Positions 54,704 through 64,000 of a stretch of 64,000 bases of DNA are shown here, in pieces. The notes below the pieces were generated by a model, which worked only from the letters and a program-made list of their open reading frames with translations, searched no databases and had not been told where the DNA came from. The stretch covers positions 16,357-80,356 of the forward strand of contig CAVFGI010000004.1 in assembly GCA_963621975.1 (NCBI GenBank). The letters run 5' to 3'. The stretch's first letter is position 1. Every line of letters starts with the position of its first letter. The stretch is from Selenomonadaceae bacterium (GTDB lineage Bacteria; Spirochaetota; Spirochaetia; Sphaerochaetales; Sphaerochaetaceae). The translations under genes and the position numbers were made by a program.

Positions 54704-56233
54704 CTATCGTGCGTACTCAACAGCGCGCATTTCACGAATAATAGTAACCTTAATTCTTCCTGGGTAGCGAAGCTCAGCTTCAATTCTGCTTGCAATACCC
54801 TTTGCAATTGTTTTTGCATCGTCATCCGATACCGTTTCTGCATTTACGAGAATTCTAAGCTCTCTTCCTGCCTGAATTGCAAAAGCTTTCTCTACACCTT
54901 CAAAGGATTCGGCTATATCTTCAAGATTTTCCAATCTCTTAATATAGTTATCAAGAGATTCTCTTCTAGCACCAGGTCTTGCAGCACTAATGGCATCTGC
55001 AATTTGAATAATGATGCTCTCTATGCAACAAGGCTCAACATCACCATGGTGTGCATGTATTGCATTAACAACTCTAGCATCTTCTCCAAGACGTTTGGCA
55101 AGATCTGCCCCCATCTCTGCATGGTTGGACTCACTTTCCGTAACAATCCCTTTGCCTATATCATGAAGAAGTCCACCTCTTCTGGCAATCTCAACGTTTG
55201 CTCCAACTTCAGAGGCTATCATTCCTGCAATCACTGCAACTTCTCTTGAATGGTTAAGAACATTCTGACCATAGCTTGTTCTGAAGAAGAGTCTACCAAG
55301 AGCTCTAATTGTTTCCTGACTCATGTTGTGAATGCCAAGGTCATATACAACCTTCTCGCCTTCCTCCGCACAAATCTTATTAACTTCCTTGGTAACCTTT
55401 GTGACAACTTCCTCAATTCTTGCAGGATGAATTCTTCCATCCTGAACAAGACGTTCAAGAGAAACTCTAGCAATCTCTTTTCTTATTGGGTCAAAACAAG
55501 AAATAACAACAGCTTCTGGGGTATCATCAATAATGATATCAACACCAGTAAGTGTCTCTAAAGCTCTTATATTTCTTCCTTCTCTCCCAATAATTCTACC
55601 CTTCATTTCATCACTTGGAAGGCTCACAGAGCTAACTGTACTCTCTGAAACCACTTCTGTTGCGAGTCTTTGAATTGTAGTGACAACTATGTCTCTTGCT
55701 GTTTTGTCTGCTTTAGCCAGTGCTTCCTGCTCTATTTTATTGATTAGAGCCTGAGCATCCTTGTGAGCTTCTGCCTGCATCTTATCCATAAGGACATTTT
55801 TTGCTTCATCAGTGGTCATATTGGCAACTCTTTCAAGTTCTGCAGTCCACTGATCTTCCATTTCCGTAATTTTTTTATCACGGAGCTCCAGTTGCTCTTC
55901 TTTATCTTGTTGCAAAGATTTGGTTTTATCCAGATTTTCCTGGATTTTTTCCAAATTCTCTTCCTTTTGAAGCAATCTTCTCTCAAATCGCTGAAGTTCA
56001 CTACGTCTATCGCGAGCTTCACGTTCTTGTTCCATCTGCTCCTTAAGGAGTTTATCTCTAGTCTCAAGCAACAGTTTGTTGCTTTCAGCTTCGGCTTCCT
56101 TAATAGCTTCCTGATTCAGTCTCACAGCTTGCTGTTCAACCGATGTAAGCTTTACTTTTCCATATAGCCAGCGCACGAGCCAGCCAATTCCTATACAACT
56201 AAGACAAAGAAGGATCCATATGATTGTACTCAT
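54704..56233 (-). CDS. rny: ribonuclease Y
   Basis: Preferred start is ATG 56233 (MSTIIWILLCLSCIGIGWLV, the membrane anchor) after AAGGGGGAAAG. Coiled-coil, KH domain (GRIIGREGRNIRALE) and HD domain (LLHDIGK). Confidence 0.95.
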   Translation of the reverse strand: MSTIIWILLCLSCIGIGWLVRWLYGKVKLTSVEQQAVRLNQEAIKEAEAESNKLLLETRDKLLKEQMEQEREARDRRSELQRFERRLLQKEENLEKIQENLDKTKSLQQDKEEQLELRDKKITEMEDQWTAELERVANMTTDEAKNVLMDKMQAEAHKDAQALINKIEQEALAKADKTARDIVVTTIQRLATEVVSESTVSSVSLPSDEMKGRIIGREGRNIRALETLTGVDIIIDDTPEAVVISCFDPIRKEIARVSLERLVQDGRIHPARIEEVVTKVTKEVNKICAEEGEKVVYDLGIHNMSQETIRALGRLFFRTSYGQNVLNHSREVAVIAGMIASEVGANVEIARRGGLLHDIGKGIVTESESNHAEMGADLAKRLGEDARVVNAIHAHHGDVEPCCIESIIIQIADAISAARPGARRESLDNYIKRLENLEDIAESFEGVEKAFAIQAGRELRILVNAETVSDDDAKTIAKGIASRIEAELRYPGRIKVTIIREMRAVEYAR

Positions 56234-56255
56234 ACTTTCCCCCTTTAACCAAATA

Positions 56256-56284
56256 ATTTTAAGCATTGCAAGATATAGTGTCAA
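56256..56284 (-). promoter_or_regulatory. rny promoter (- strand TTGACA-N17-TAAAAT)
   Basis: Consensus -35 at + strand 56279-56284 and -10 at 56256-56261, 22 nt upstream of the ATG. Confidence 0.6.
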
Positions 56285-56296
56285 GGGAGGGACAAG

Positions 56297-56320
56297 CCTG
56301 TAAGACTGCCTGTAAGACTG
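56297..56320. repeat. exact tandem 12-mer CCTGTAAGACTG x2 just upstream of the rny -35
   Basis: Copies at 56297-56308 and 56309-56320. Confidence 0.8.
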
Positions 56321-56422
56321 GCTACAGTTGCACACTTCTTCCTCATTCACTTATACGAGGTTATGAAGTTTTTGCATATTCCGTGGCAACATCTTGTGGA
56401 ACCACTTCAAAAACTGCAAATG

Positions 56423-56459
56423 AAAAAAAGCACCCTCCGGCATGGGGTCCAGGGGGTGC
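56423..56459 (-). terminator. rho-independent terminator of the surface-protein operon
   Basis: The - strand reads GCACCCCCTGG-ACCCCATG-CCGGAGGGTGC followed by TTTTTTT. GC-rich stem of about 10 bp, 55 nt after the stop codon. Confidence 0.8.
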
Positions 56460-56513
56460 ATGGGAATAATAATAAAAATTTATGTGCACTGCCTATGGTG
56501 TGGCAGGTATCAC

Positions 56514-59081
56514 CTATGTGGTTTCTGGATTCTTCCAAATTTGATTACTACTGGTATCTTTCAAATCAATAGTAGCTCCGTAGGCTGAATCTTTACCAGC
56601 TGAATCTTTACCATTATAAGTCTTGCCACCACCATTCGTTACATCAAGAGTTCCACTTACTTTTGTCGTGTATTTACCACTTGATACCTGTGACACCCAG
56701 ATGTGTTTCTTAATATTAATATTAGCAACCTTAAGAGTTACATTAGTTAGAGTTGCCTCAGTAGAATATTCATAAGATCCATCCATATGGTTTCCTATGA
56801 CAAGTGCTGCTTGAGGAACGTCATATGCTATATCCCACGTATCGCTCGCTGCTTTATAGCCATATGTTTTTTCAGGAGTTATTGTTCCTGTTGCCTCAAT
56901 TATGGTATTAGAAATAGTTGATGTAGCTCCACGAAGGATTACTCCCTGTAGCTCCCCTTTGATTGTTGAATCTGTGATAGTCACAGTGCCAGGAACATTA
57001 ATCAAAAGACCAACTGTCTCTCCAGCCTTATCGCCTTCTCCTATACCCTCAATTTTCTGGCTTGTTGCTATAAGTATGCTGTTCGTAATTGTAACATAGA
57101 CTTCTGTATTGTTTCCTTCCTCAGCATTACTTCCAACACAATACGTTCCAATATTTGTAAGAGTAGAATTGTTGATAGTTAGCTTAGCAGGGTTCGATCC
57201 CTGAACCAAATAGACCAAAGCCTTACCACTTACAGTACCAGCATATTTAGGATTTTCTTTTCCAGCTTTAGAAATATATTTACTATTTGTATTATCTAGA
57301 TTTACTGTAACTGAATCTAAATCAAGGCTACCTCCATCTTCAACACTGAATAATGAATTATTGCTACCAACAATCGTACCATTTGTGAATTTTACAGCTT
57401 GAGTATCACTTGCCTTAGAAATAATATTTTTAACAATTATATTTTTCCCACTGGCAACGGTCACGGTATGCTTATTCAAGTCGAATGTTATATCATTTTC
57501 GAGTGTGATTATATCACCAATTGTTAAATCACGGAGAAGAGTAACAGTATTACCAGCATTCTTTTCTACATCTTCGAGGGAGTAATACAAGGTGTCACCT
57601 ATTTTAGCAACAGCTTCTTTAGTGACAATTGTTATTGAAGAAGCATGGAAGACACGGAGAGTCATCACACCAGTTTCTGAATTGTATAAATAGCTCTCTG
57701 TCGTAGATTTTGATTTTCCATCTGTGCCCGCATCGTCCGAAAGAGTGCTGTATTCATCAAGAGAAACACCATCATGATATACAGCAGAAACCACACGGTT
57801 CTTACCGTAGAAGAATTCAACTTTAACAAGCTTACTATTAGTAGAGTTTGCACTCTCTGATGCACTCAAAGTCAATTCATAGTTCTCTTTTGCCTCATTA
57901 AATTCTATTTCAATACCCTCGGGTGTTGCTTCATCATTACGTACAATACCCAGCTTAGCATCAGCTGTTCCTTTTTTAGAGACAGAATCTTCAACAGTAA
58001 CACCGTCAGCTGTTGTACTAATCAAAGTACCATTTTCATAAGTAACTTTGAAGTTATTACCGTATGTGATAGTTTTTGAAGATGAAACTTTTGCAGTATT
58101 GACACTCTCATCTATATTTTCAACATCCAGAACTCTATGCATTGTTAAAGGCTCAACATTCTGAACAGTGTTAATCTGAATAGTTCCAGTTGTGTCATTC
58201 TTTAATAGTGTTCCACCAATTGTAGTCTTTGTTCCCTTCTTAACAGTAAACTTCAATGTATAGACAGCAGCTTCAATTGTTGTATTTTCAGTTTCATTTG
58301 TGCTGTCTAAATTCTTCAATTTCTGTGAAAGGACGAACTTCATCACATGCTCGCCTGTAATATCAGTATTATCAGAAACAGTATAAGTTATATTCTTAAA
58401 TGTTATTTTGCCATCCGCTTTGACAACATCACCATCACCTGTTGAGACTGTAACAGTTGAACCTACAACGCTATCTGTTACAGCAAGAGTAAAATCACTT
58501 GTTGCCTTGATATTGCTTGATGAGAAGCTTATAGCATTTTCACCACTAGCAAATACAATCGTTGTCTCAGCATTATCACCGAGCTCAATTTCAGCTGTAG
58601 CATAGTTTGCACCCTTGTTTACAAGGAAGTTATTTACTGTTGATACGTACTCAGCATCAGTATTGTCTTTTATTGTAACTGTACCCTCTGTCGACACCTC
58701 AACATTTGCTTCCTTGTATCCCTGAAGCTCAATCTTCCAGAGGCCGTATGAGAAACCTACAGAATCAAGTGTCTTACCTGAAAGACCCTTGGTTGGTGTA
58801 TAGCTTGTTGTTTCCCCGGATTCCTTTGTTGCGGCTGCAACAGATACAAAACCATTGGTCTGACCTGTAGTATAACCATCGTCAAGTTTGGTTGCACTGT
58901 AGAACCAAACCAAGTCTTCTACTTCATTACTGTACACGACCACAGTAGTGACTGCTTTTGATTTTTCTTCTCCGAAAGTAATCTTTCCAAGTTTGTCCTC
59001 AGGAGCAACGTTCCCTGAACACGAAACAAATGCGAAAATCAGTAATATCGCCGCAATTGTCGTAAAAAGACTTTTTTTCAT
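56514..59081 (-). CDS. large surface lipoprotein, function unknown (T/N/S/G-rich beta-rich repeats; possible beta-helix in the C-terminal half)
   Basis: 855 aa. Signal peptide plus lipobox (LLIFAFVSC|SG), RBS AGGAGA. No recognisable catalytic motif. Confidence 0.7.
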   Translation of the reverse strand: MKKSLFTTIAAILLIFAFVSCSGNVAPEDKLGKITFGEEKSKAVTTVVVYSNEVEDLVWFYSATKLDDGYTTGQTNGFVSVAAATKESGETTSYTPTKGLSGKTLDSVGFSYGLWKIELQGYKEANVEVSTEGTVTIKDNTDAEYVSTVNNFLVNKGANYATAEIELGDNAETTIVFASGENAISFSSSNIKATSDFTLAVTDSVVGSTVTVSTGDGDVVKADGKITFKNITYTVSDNTDITGEHVMKFVLSQKLKNLDSTNETENTTIEAAVYTLKFTVKKGTKTTIGGTLLKNDTTGTIQINTVQNVEPLTMHRVLDVENIDESVNTAKVSSSKTITYGNNFKVTYENGTLISTTADGVTVEDSVSKKGTADAKLGIVRNDEATPEGIEIEFNEAKENYELTLSASESANSTNSKLVKVEFFYGKNRVVSAVYHDGVSLDEYSTLSDDAGTDGKSKSTTESYLYNSETGVMTLRVFHASSITIVTKEAVAKIGDTLYYSLEDVEKNAGNTVTLLRDLTIGDIITLENDITFDLNKHTVTVASGKNIIVKNIISKASDTQAVKFTNGTIVGSNNSLFSVEDGGSLDLDSVTVNLDNTNSKYISKAGKENPKYAGTVSGKALVYLVQGSNPAKLTINNSTLTNIGTYCVGSNAEEGNNTEVYVTITNSILIATSQKIEGIGEGDKAGETVGLLINVPGTVTITDSTIKGELQGVILRGATSTISNTIIEATGTITPEKTYGYKAASDTWDIAYDVPQAALVIGNHMDGSYEYSTEATLTNVTLKVANINIKKHIWVSQVSSGKYTTKVSGTLDVTNGGGKTYNGKDSAGKDSAYGATIDLKDTSSNQIWKNPETT

Positions 59082-59093
59082 GTTTTTCTCCTA

Positions 59094-60344
59094 TTAATTA
59101 GTTTTCTTATATAAACTGCATTCAAATGCTAAGTTTCCACCTTCGGTTCCAATCTGAATATTCAATATGTGTTCTGATTTGTTATTCAGTGTGAAAGTGA
59201 CTATGTAATTACCGCTACTGTCCGTTTCACCTTTTTTTTCCTGCATCCTACCGCCGTTTAAAACGTATGTAGACGTATTCGTATAGTTAGTATTACAGCC
59301 AAAATAAGGCCTAAACTCTGCCGTTACGGTAGAGCTGTCAACTGTAATTGTTGCTCCACTCTCTACCTTGGTGTTGTTGATATAGAAGTCTCCACATGGG
59401 GTTGCCTCTAGGGCTTTAAGCTTTATCTCTCCAATTCCTATGTCATAGACAAGATACTCGGGTTTTGTGGCAACCTTTCTTGCTCCACATACACTACATT
59501 CCTTATAGAGGTGCTCTACATTCCCAGAAACACGTGTCTGCCAATCTCCCCAGCTGTGCTCTGTAACATAGACCTTGATTCCCTCAACTGTGCAAATTTG
59601 CCAGTGATTGTCTATATCATACTCATAGGTTCCATTTACTTTATGTCCAGTAGCAGGGATTACTATATCTTCCTCTATCTCATTTTCTGCTTGGTCATCT
59701 GAGAAGAAATGCCCGCAGGTATTACACTCCCAGCAGTCTTGGGTATAACCATCTTCTGTGCAGGTGGCATCTGACTTTTTATGCTCAATCAGTTCAACAT
59801 ACAAATACTTGGCATATATCTTTGAATGCTCTGGGTCCATCTTGTCCCCATTTTTTACTTGCTCTTTTGTATCTGTTGTAAACCAGCCTACAAATTCAGT
59901 TGTGCTTGTATGTAAAAACTCTGGTAGATTTGTCCATACAGCATCACTTTCAACATCTTCATATCCAATTGTCTCAAGTACCCTTGCTTGGTCTAATGAT
60001 TTGAGCTTTATCTCTGTTATTGAAGATTCAATGGTGATGCTTGTTAGGTTTACTATGTCATCATCACTTTCAAAGCCAGTAAAGACCTTTACAGGAAATG
60101 AGCCTGTTTCTGACTTACTGTCTTCCACATAAGAAGGAATGTAAACACTTGCTACCTTTGCTCTTTCTAGGATAGATGCTGTGTAATAGTAATTGCCATC
60201 TTCATCTTGTAAGCGTTCAAACTTGACATATGGGAAAATGTAGTGGTTGATACTTCTACTACTATCTATTGGCTCAAGGTTACATGAAACAAATAATGCA
60301 CAGAGGGAAATAATAATGATGAAAACAAGCAGACCCTTTCTCAT
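59094..60344 (-). CDS. lipoprotein, function unknown, with Cys-rich central motif
   Basis: 416 aa. Lipobox LCALFVSC|N and a CTEDGYTQDCWECNTCGHFF ... IPATGH segment. RBS GGGGAG. Confidence 0.7.
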   Translation of the reverse strand: MRKGLLVFIIIISLCALFVSCNLEPIDSSRSINHYIFPYVKFERLQDEDGNYYYTASILERAKVASVYIPSYVEDSKSETGSFPVKVFTGFESDDDIVNLTSITIESSITEIKLKSLDQARVLETIGYEDVESDAVWTNLPEFLHTSTTEFVGWFTTDTKEQVKNGDKMDPEHSKIYAKYLYVELIEHKKSDATCTEDGYTQDCWECNTCGHFFSDDQAENEIEEDIVIPATGHKVNGTYEYDIDNHWQICTVEGIKVYVTEHSWGDWQTRVSGNVEHLYKECSVCGARKVATKPEYLVYDIGIGEIKLKALEATPCGDFYINNTKVESGATITVDSSTVTAEFRPYFGCNTNYTNTSTYVLNGGRMQEKKGETDSSGNYIVTFTLNNKSEHILNIQIGTEGGNLAFECSLYKKTN

Positions 60345-60358
60345 CTTTGCTCCCCTAC

Positions 60359-61402
60359 TTAAAATTCATACCTCAATGAGATGCTTGCTGGGTCTATTAA
60401 CAGTGTGATTGAGTTGTATAGTGAGTCCTTTTCTATTATATAAAGGCCTGCTGTCACTCTTGCCATTGCTCCTATGTACAATGCGTCTGCTATCTTTGTT
60501 TCAAAACCACATCTTACTCCAAAGTATGGCTTTGGATTACTTCTCTCTGTGTTATTGATATCTACAATGCCATATCCAAATAGACCAGCATATAGGTTTG
60601 TCTTTTCTGTTATCCCTACTAGATAGTCTATTCCTCCACCTGCCTTAATGTAGTGCACAGCATATTGCTTTGGGATTACTGTTTGTGCCTTTAATACAAA
60701 TGAGTACCCTACTTCTGGATAGACTCTAAGATTATCCAACAGATACCAATCAAGCTCTATGCTTGTAGAGGCTCCATATGTTGTTCCCATAAGGGTTCTA
60801 GCTTCTTCTATGTCATGACTATTATAGAAATCAAAAACAGCACTTGAGTATGGTGCAAGGTTTACTCTTAATGATAAACAACTTCTCTTATAAGTTCCTA
60901 TTGTAGATTCTGTCCAATTATTACCATCTCTAGATGCCTGTAGATAGAATGTATTTATGCCCATATGTGAGACAAGCTTTACGCTATTTACACAGGCATC
61001 TACTATTTGCCAATTATTTTCATCCTCTTTATCTCTTTGATATCTGTAATACTTAATACTTTCATCTGTACTACTCCACATCCATTCAATAGGAGTACAA
61101 AGATAAAGTCCGCTGTTATGATTTAACTGTAGATATCTTTCATAAGAAGAGTCTGACCAGTGAATTCCATCATACGAGGCCTGAACATAAAGTACATCAC
61201 CACTACTGGTTTCTAGGAACACTCTTGTGTTTGTGCTATCTATTACAGTCCAAGTACCTTCTTCTTCACTATTAAGCTGATATCTAAAGTATTTGACTTT
61301 CTCATCGCTTGAGTTCCATTTCCATTCAACCTTTGCAGTAAAGGCTGAAGTTAGAGCAAATAATAAAAAAAGACCAAGCAAAACTGCTCTTTTTAAGCAC
61401 AT
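60359..61402 (-). CDS. putative outer-membrane beta-barrel protein with two N-terminal ~67-aa repeats
   Basis: Preferred start is ATG 61402 (MCLKRAVLLGLFLLFALTSAFTA|K) after AAGGAGA. Repeats: KVEWKWNSSDEKVKYFRYQL...LYVQASYDGIHWSDS and PIEWMWSSTDESIKYYRYQR...FYLQASRDGNNWTES. The C-terminal ~170 aa has alternating hydrophobic residues ending in ...LRYEF (terminal Phe). Confidence 0.6.
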   Translation of the reverse strand: MCLKRAVLLGLFLLFALTSAFTAKVEWKWNSSDEKVKYFRYQLNSEEEGTWTVIDSTNTRVFLETSSGDVLYVQASYDGIHWSDSSYERYLQLNHNSGLYLCTPIEWMWSSTDESIKYYRYQRDKEDENNWQIVDACVNSVKLVSHMGINTFYLQASRDGNNWTESTIGTYKRSCLSLRVNLAPYSSAVFDFYNSHDIEEARTLMGTTYGASTSIELDWYLLDNLRVYPEVGYSFVLKAQTVIPKQYAVHYIKAGGGIDYLVGITEKTNLYAGLFGYGIVDINNTERSNPKPYFGVRCGFETKIADALYIGAMARVTAGLYIIEKDSLYNSITLLIDPASISLRYEF

Positions 61403-61459
61403 GCTTAGTCTCCTTGTATGAGTTCTTTTAGAGTTAGTGCACGAGTTTAGTGAGGAGTA

Positions 61460-61468
61460 CCCCCCCCC
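61460..61468 (-). repeat. homopolymeric G9 tract (C9 on the + strand) upstream of the surface-protein operon
   Basis: Read directly: tgaggagtaCCCCCCCCCagtcat. 57 nt separate the tract from the ATG at 61402. Confidence 0.9.
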
Positions 61469-61684
61469 AGTCATATTTAATTGATTACATTGTAAAGAGC
61501 TACAGAAATCTATCCCCATGATCATCCCTTCTAGAAGTTTTTTCAAGCCTCACTAATTTACAATAATTATTCAATTCATAGTTGCTTCAACAACCGATAC
61601 AATCATTATCATACCATATTCTGAACATTTTCAAGTTTTTCTCTGGCTCTTTTTTCTTTTACATTGGATAAACCTTCATACTAC

Positions 61685-61712
61685 AAAAAAACCGGAGTCA
61701 CATTGACCCCGG
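61685..61712 (-). terminator. rho-independent terminator after rplQ (CCGGGGTCA-ATGT-TGACTCCGG + T7)
   Basis: 8-bp stem including one G:U pair, followed by TTTTTTT on the - strand. Confidence 0.8.
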
Positions 61713-61748
61713 CTGAACCCCATTTTAAGGTTTCATTTGTGAAGAGGC

Positions 61749-62156
61749 TTATTTTGCTGTCTCTTCCTTCTTTGCCTTAGACTTTTTCTCAGGCTTTTCT
61801 GTTTTCTTTGTAAGCTCAAGAATAGCCATTTCAGCTGCATCTCCAAGACGGTTTGAAGTCTTGATGATACGTGTGTATCCACCGTGAACGTCGGCATAAA
61901 GCGGAGCAATCTCAGTGAACAACTTGTTTACGACCGCTTCATCAAAAAGGATAGCGGAAGTAAGTCTGCGGTTGTGTACATTGTCAACCTTTGCTCTTGT
62001 AATCATTTTTTCTGCAAGGCGCTGAACTTCCTTAGCCTTAGCCTTGGTTGTCTCAATTCTTTCATAGCGGAATAGGCTTGTTACCATGTTGCGCTTGAGT
62101 GCTTTGCGCTCTGCAGAGGTTCTGCTAAGGGCATTGAATCCAATCTTATGCTTCAT
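61749..62156 (-). CDS. rplQ: 50S ribosomal protein L17
   Basis: 135 aa. [34 protein letters not shown] is typical of L17. Basic C-terminal tail. Confidence 0.96.
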   Translation of the reverse strand: MKHKIGFNALSRTSAERKALKRNMVTSLFRYERIETTKAKAKEVQRLAEKMITRAKVDNVHNRRLTSAILFDEAVVNKLFTEIAPLYADVHGGYTRIIKTSNRLGDAAEMAILELTKKTEKPEKKSKAKKEETAK

Positions 62157-63198
62157 TGTTTTCTTCCTTGTTGCCTGGGACTCTAATTGAGTTCTTCAGG
62201 ACACTGTAATCTGTCATTCCAAGTCCAAGATTCCATTCCTTGAGCTTGTCTTTGATTTCTGATAAGGACTTCTTACCAAAGTTCCTTGTCTTTGCAATTT
62301 CCTCTTCAGTCATCTTTGTAAGATCACCAATTGTGCGAATATTTGCATTCTTAAGGCAATTGCTTGAACGGACAGTAAGCTCTAACTCTTCAACAGAAGT
62401 AGCAAGAATCTTTCTAATCTGTTCCTCTTCTTCATCGATTTCATCGTTACCACTCACCATGCTCTCATCAAAGTTGATGAAAATTGAGAAGTGATCCTTT
62501 GCAATCTTTGCAGCCTCAGCTAAGGCATTTTCAGGGGAAATTGTACCGTCTGTCCAGATTTCAAGGTTCAACTTATCGTAATCGTTTCTCTGTCCAACGC
62601 GAGTAGGCTCAATTGAGTACTTTACGCGAGTAACAGGAGAGAAGATTGCGTCAATTGGAATGGTTCCAATGATTTCAACATAATTTTGGCTGAGTTCTGC
62701 AGGAACATAGCCTCTGTCAAAATCAATCTGTACGACCATTTCAATATTTGCGTCGTCCATCATATCAAAAATCTCAAGATCTTTGTTAATAACCTCAACA
62801 CGGTCCTTCTCAAAATCAGCACCTGTGATTGTACCTGGCCCCTTGCATTCAAGGGAGATAGTTGTTGTTTCTACCTCTTCAGGCATTCTCATTCTAAGCT
62901 TCTTCAACCTAGCGATAATTTCACAGATATCCTGCTTAACACCAGGAAGAGCTTCAAACTCGCTTGAAATGAGGTGGGCACTTCCATCTGCGTCGTAGTA
63001 GGTAAACCAAACTGCGGTTATTGCATAACCTTGAATTGAAGACAAGAGAACTCTGCGTAGGGTGTTACCAATTGTGGTACCAAAGCCCCTCTCAAAAGGA
63101 TAGGCTGTGAACTTGCCATAATTGGCCTCAACCTTGCTGTGCTCCATTGAAATCGATTTAGGCTTCTTAAAGCCTTTCATTAGGTTTTTGCGTGCCAT
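62146..63198 (-). CDS. rpoA: DNA-directed RNA polymerase alpha subunit
   Basis: ATG 63198 after AAAGGAG. NTD motifs ([20 protein letters not shown]) and CTD ([23 protein letters not shown]). Confidence 0.97.
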   Translation of the reverse strand: MARKNLMKGFKKPKSISMEHSKVEANYGKFTAYPFERGFGTTIGNTLRRVLLSSIQGYAITAVWFTYYDADGSAHLISSEFEALPGVKQDICEIIARLKKLRMRMPEEVETTTISLECKGPGTITGADFEKDRVEVINKDLEIFDMMDDANIEMVVQIDFDRGYVPAELSQNYVEIIGTIPIDAIFSPVTRVKYSIEPTRVGQRNDYDKLNLEIWTDGTISPENALAEAAKIAKDHFSIFINFDESMVSGNDEIDEEEEQIRKILATSVEELELTVRSSNCLKNANIRTIGDLTKMTEEEIAKTRNFGKKSLSEIKDKLKEWNLGLGMTDYSVLKNSIRVPGNKEENNEA

Positions 63199-63268
63199 TG
63201 ACACTCCTTTACTATTCCAAGGCCTTGTCCATTTTTGGACGTGGCCTCAGATAACCGAAACTCAAAGC

Positions 63269-63910
63269 TTATCTAGAGTAAAGTTCAACGACCAACTGTT
63301 CGTTGACACCCTCAAGCTCCTTGACTTCTTCTCTTCTTGGTACTGCGACAAACTGTCCCTTCATGTTATCAGCATCAACTGTGAGCCATGGGCATACACC
63401 GCTCTTGCTAACTTCAACCAAGCTTTCCTTAATCGCAATCATTTTCTTGCTCTGTGGAGCAATTTCAACAACGTCGCCAACCTTAAGTCTATATGAAGGG
63501 ATGTCTACACGCTTTCCATTCACAAAGACATGACCGTGGCTTACAAGCTGTGATGCCTGTGGGCGGCTGCATGCGAAATGCATTCTGAAAACAACGTTGT
63601 CAAGACGACGTTCAAGAAGACCAACAAGATTCTCACCTGTTTTACCAGGAAGTCTGCTAGCTTCATCAAATGTAAGCTTGAACTGCTTCTCAAGCATGCA
63701 GTAGATTCTCTTGAGTCTCTGCTTTGCACGAAGCATCAATGCATAGTCTGTAGGCTTCTTTGAGCGAGCCTTTGGATCCTTGCCAGGAAGTCCGCACTCT
63801 GCTGGATTATTCATTGGGCATTTTGCGGAAAGGCATCTTGAACCCTTAAGAAAGAGCTTAGCTCTCTCTGCTCTGCAGTATCTGCACTTTGGTCCTGTAT
63901 ATCTAGCCAT
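63269..63910 (-). CDS. rpsD: 30S ribosomal protein S4
   Basis: 213 aa. MARYTGPKCRYCRAE..., S4 domain RLDNVVFRMHFACSRPQASQLVSHGHVFVNGKRVDIPSY. Confidence 0.97.
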   Translation of the reverse strand: MARYTGPKCRYCRAERAKLFLKGSRCLSAKCPMNNPAECGLPGKDPKARSKKPTDYALMLRAKQRLKRIYCMLEKQFKLTFDEASRLPGKTGENLVGLLERRLDNVVFRMHFACSRPQASQLVSHGHVFVNGKRVDIPSYRLKVGDVVEIAPQSKKMIAIKESLVEVSKSGVCPWLTVDADNMKGQFVAVPRREEVKELEGVNEQLVVELYSR

Positions 63911-63927
63911 TTTCTAATCTCCCTTCG

Positions 63928-64000
63928 TCAGATTCTTCTTGTCTTGCGTGGTCTGCATCCATTGTGAGGAATTGGTGTTACGTCACGAATGGAACGAACC
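63928..64000 (-). CDS. rpsK: 30S ribosomal protein S11, C-terminal fragment running off the window end
   Basis: Hand translation of the reverse complement: ...VRSIRDVTPIPHNGCRPRKTRRI*, the canonical S11 C-terminus. The stop is + strand 63928-63930. Confidence 0.85.
   Translation of the reverse strand, partial: VRSIRDVTPIPHNGCRPRKTRRI

Overview
64-kb window from a roughly 40% GC bacterium. Its housekeeping proteins (DnaK, DnaJ, GrpE, RpoA, S4, S11, L17, RNase Y, YmdB, TlyA, Der) look spirochaete/Treponema-like; this is inference from remembered sequence similarity, no search was run. Positions 1-40240 are a carbohydrate-utilisation mosaic. It holds the PDH-type E2/E3 genes, an L-fucose locus (fucI, fucU, monosaccharide ABC importer, LacI regulator with recognisable operators) and two oxidoreductase + TIM-barrel pairs flanking a second LacI regulator. 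It also holds an oligosaccharide-type ABC operon led by an alkaline-phosphatase-superfamily phosphodiesterase. Further genes are GH4, GH105/88, GH36 and GH2 glycosidases, eda, two M20 peptidases, a DeoR regulator, a tldD/pmbA pair, tRNA-Ala(GGC) and a ParB-like + metallophosphoesterase pair. Positions 40338-64000 are core genes: thyA, a folA fused to a DHH/NrnA phosphoesterase, a second nrnA, surE, rlmB, grpE-dnaK-dnaJ, der, tlyA, ymdB, rny and rpsK-rpsD-rpoA-rplQ. A three-gene surface-protein operon is wedged between rplQ and rny. I saw no CRISPR array, transposase, integrase, prophage or rRNA. The signals most worth follow-up are: (1) a conserved 20-bp ATGAGCGA box with a near-identical promoter layout upstream of four glycoside-utilisation units; (2) tandem modules downstream of pmbA, each a conserved 26-nt box plus a covarying terminator hairpin (sibling sRNA candidates), next to tandem 40-nt palindromic units; (3) a dispersed intergenic palindrome family, GAGGTTTTTGCAAAAACCTC; (4) a G9 tract inside the putative promoter spacer of the surface-protein operon (candidate phase variation); (5) the DHFR-DHH fusion. 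All functional calls rest on motifs read by eye and remembered family features. No database search, RNA folding or statistics could be run.
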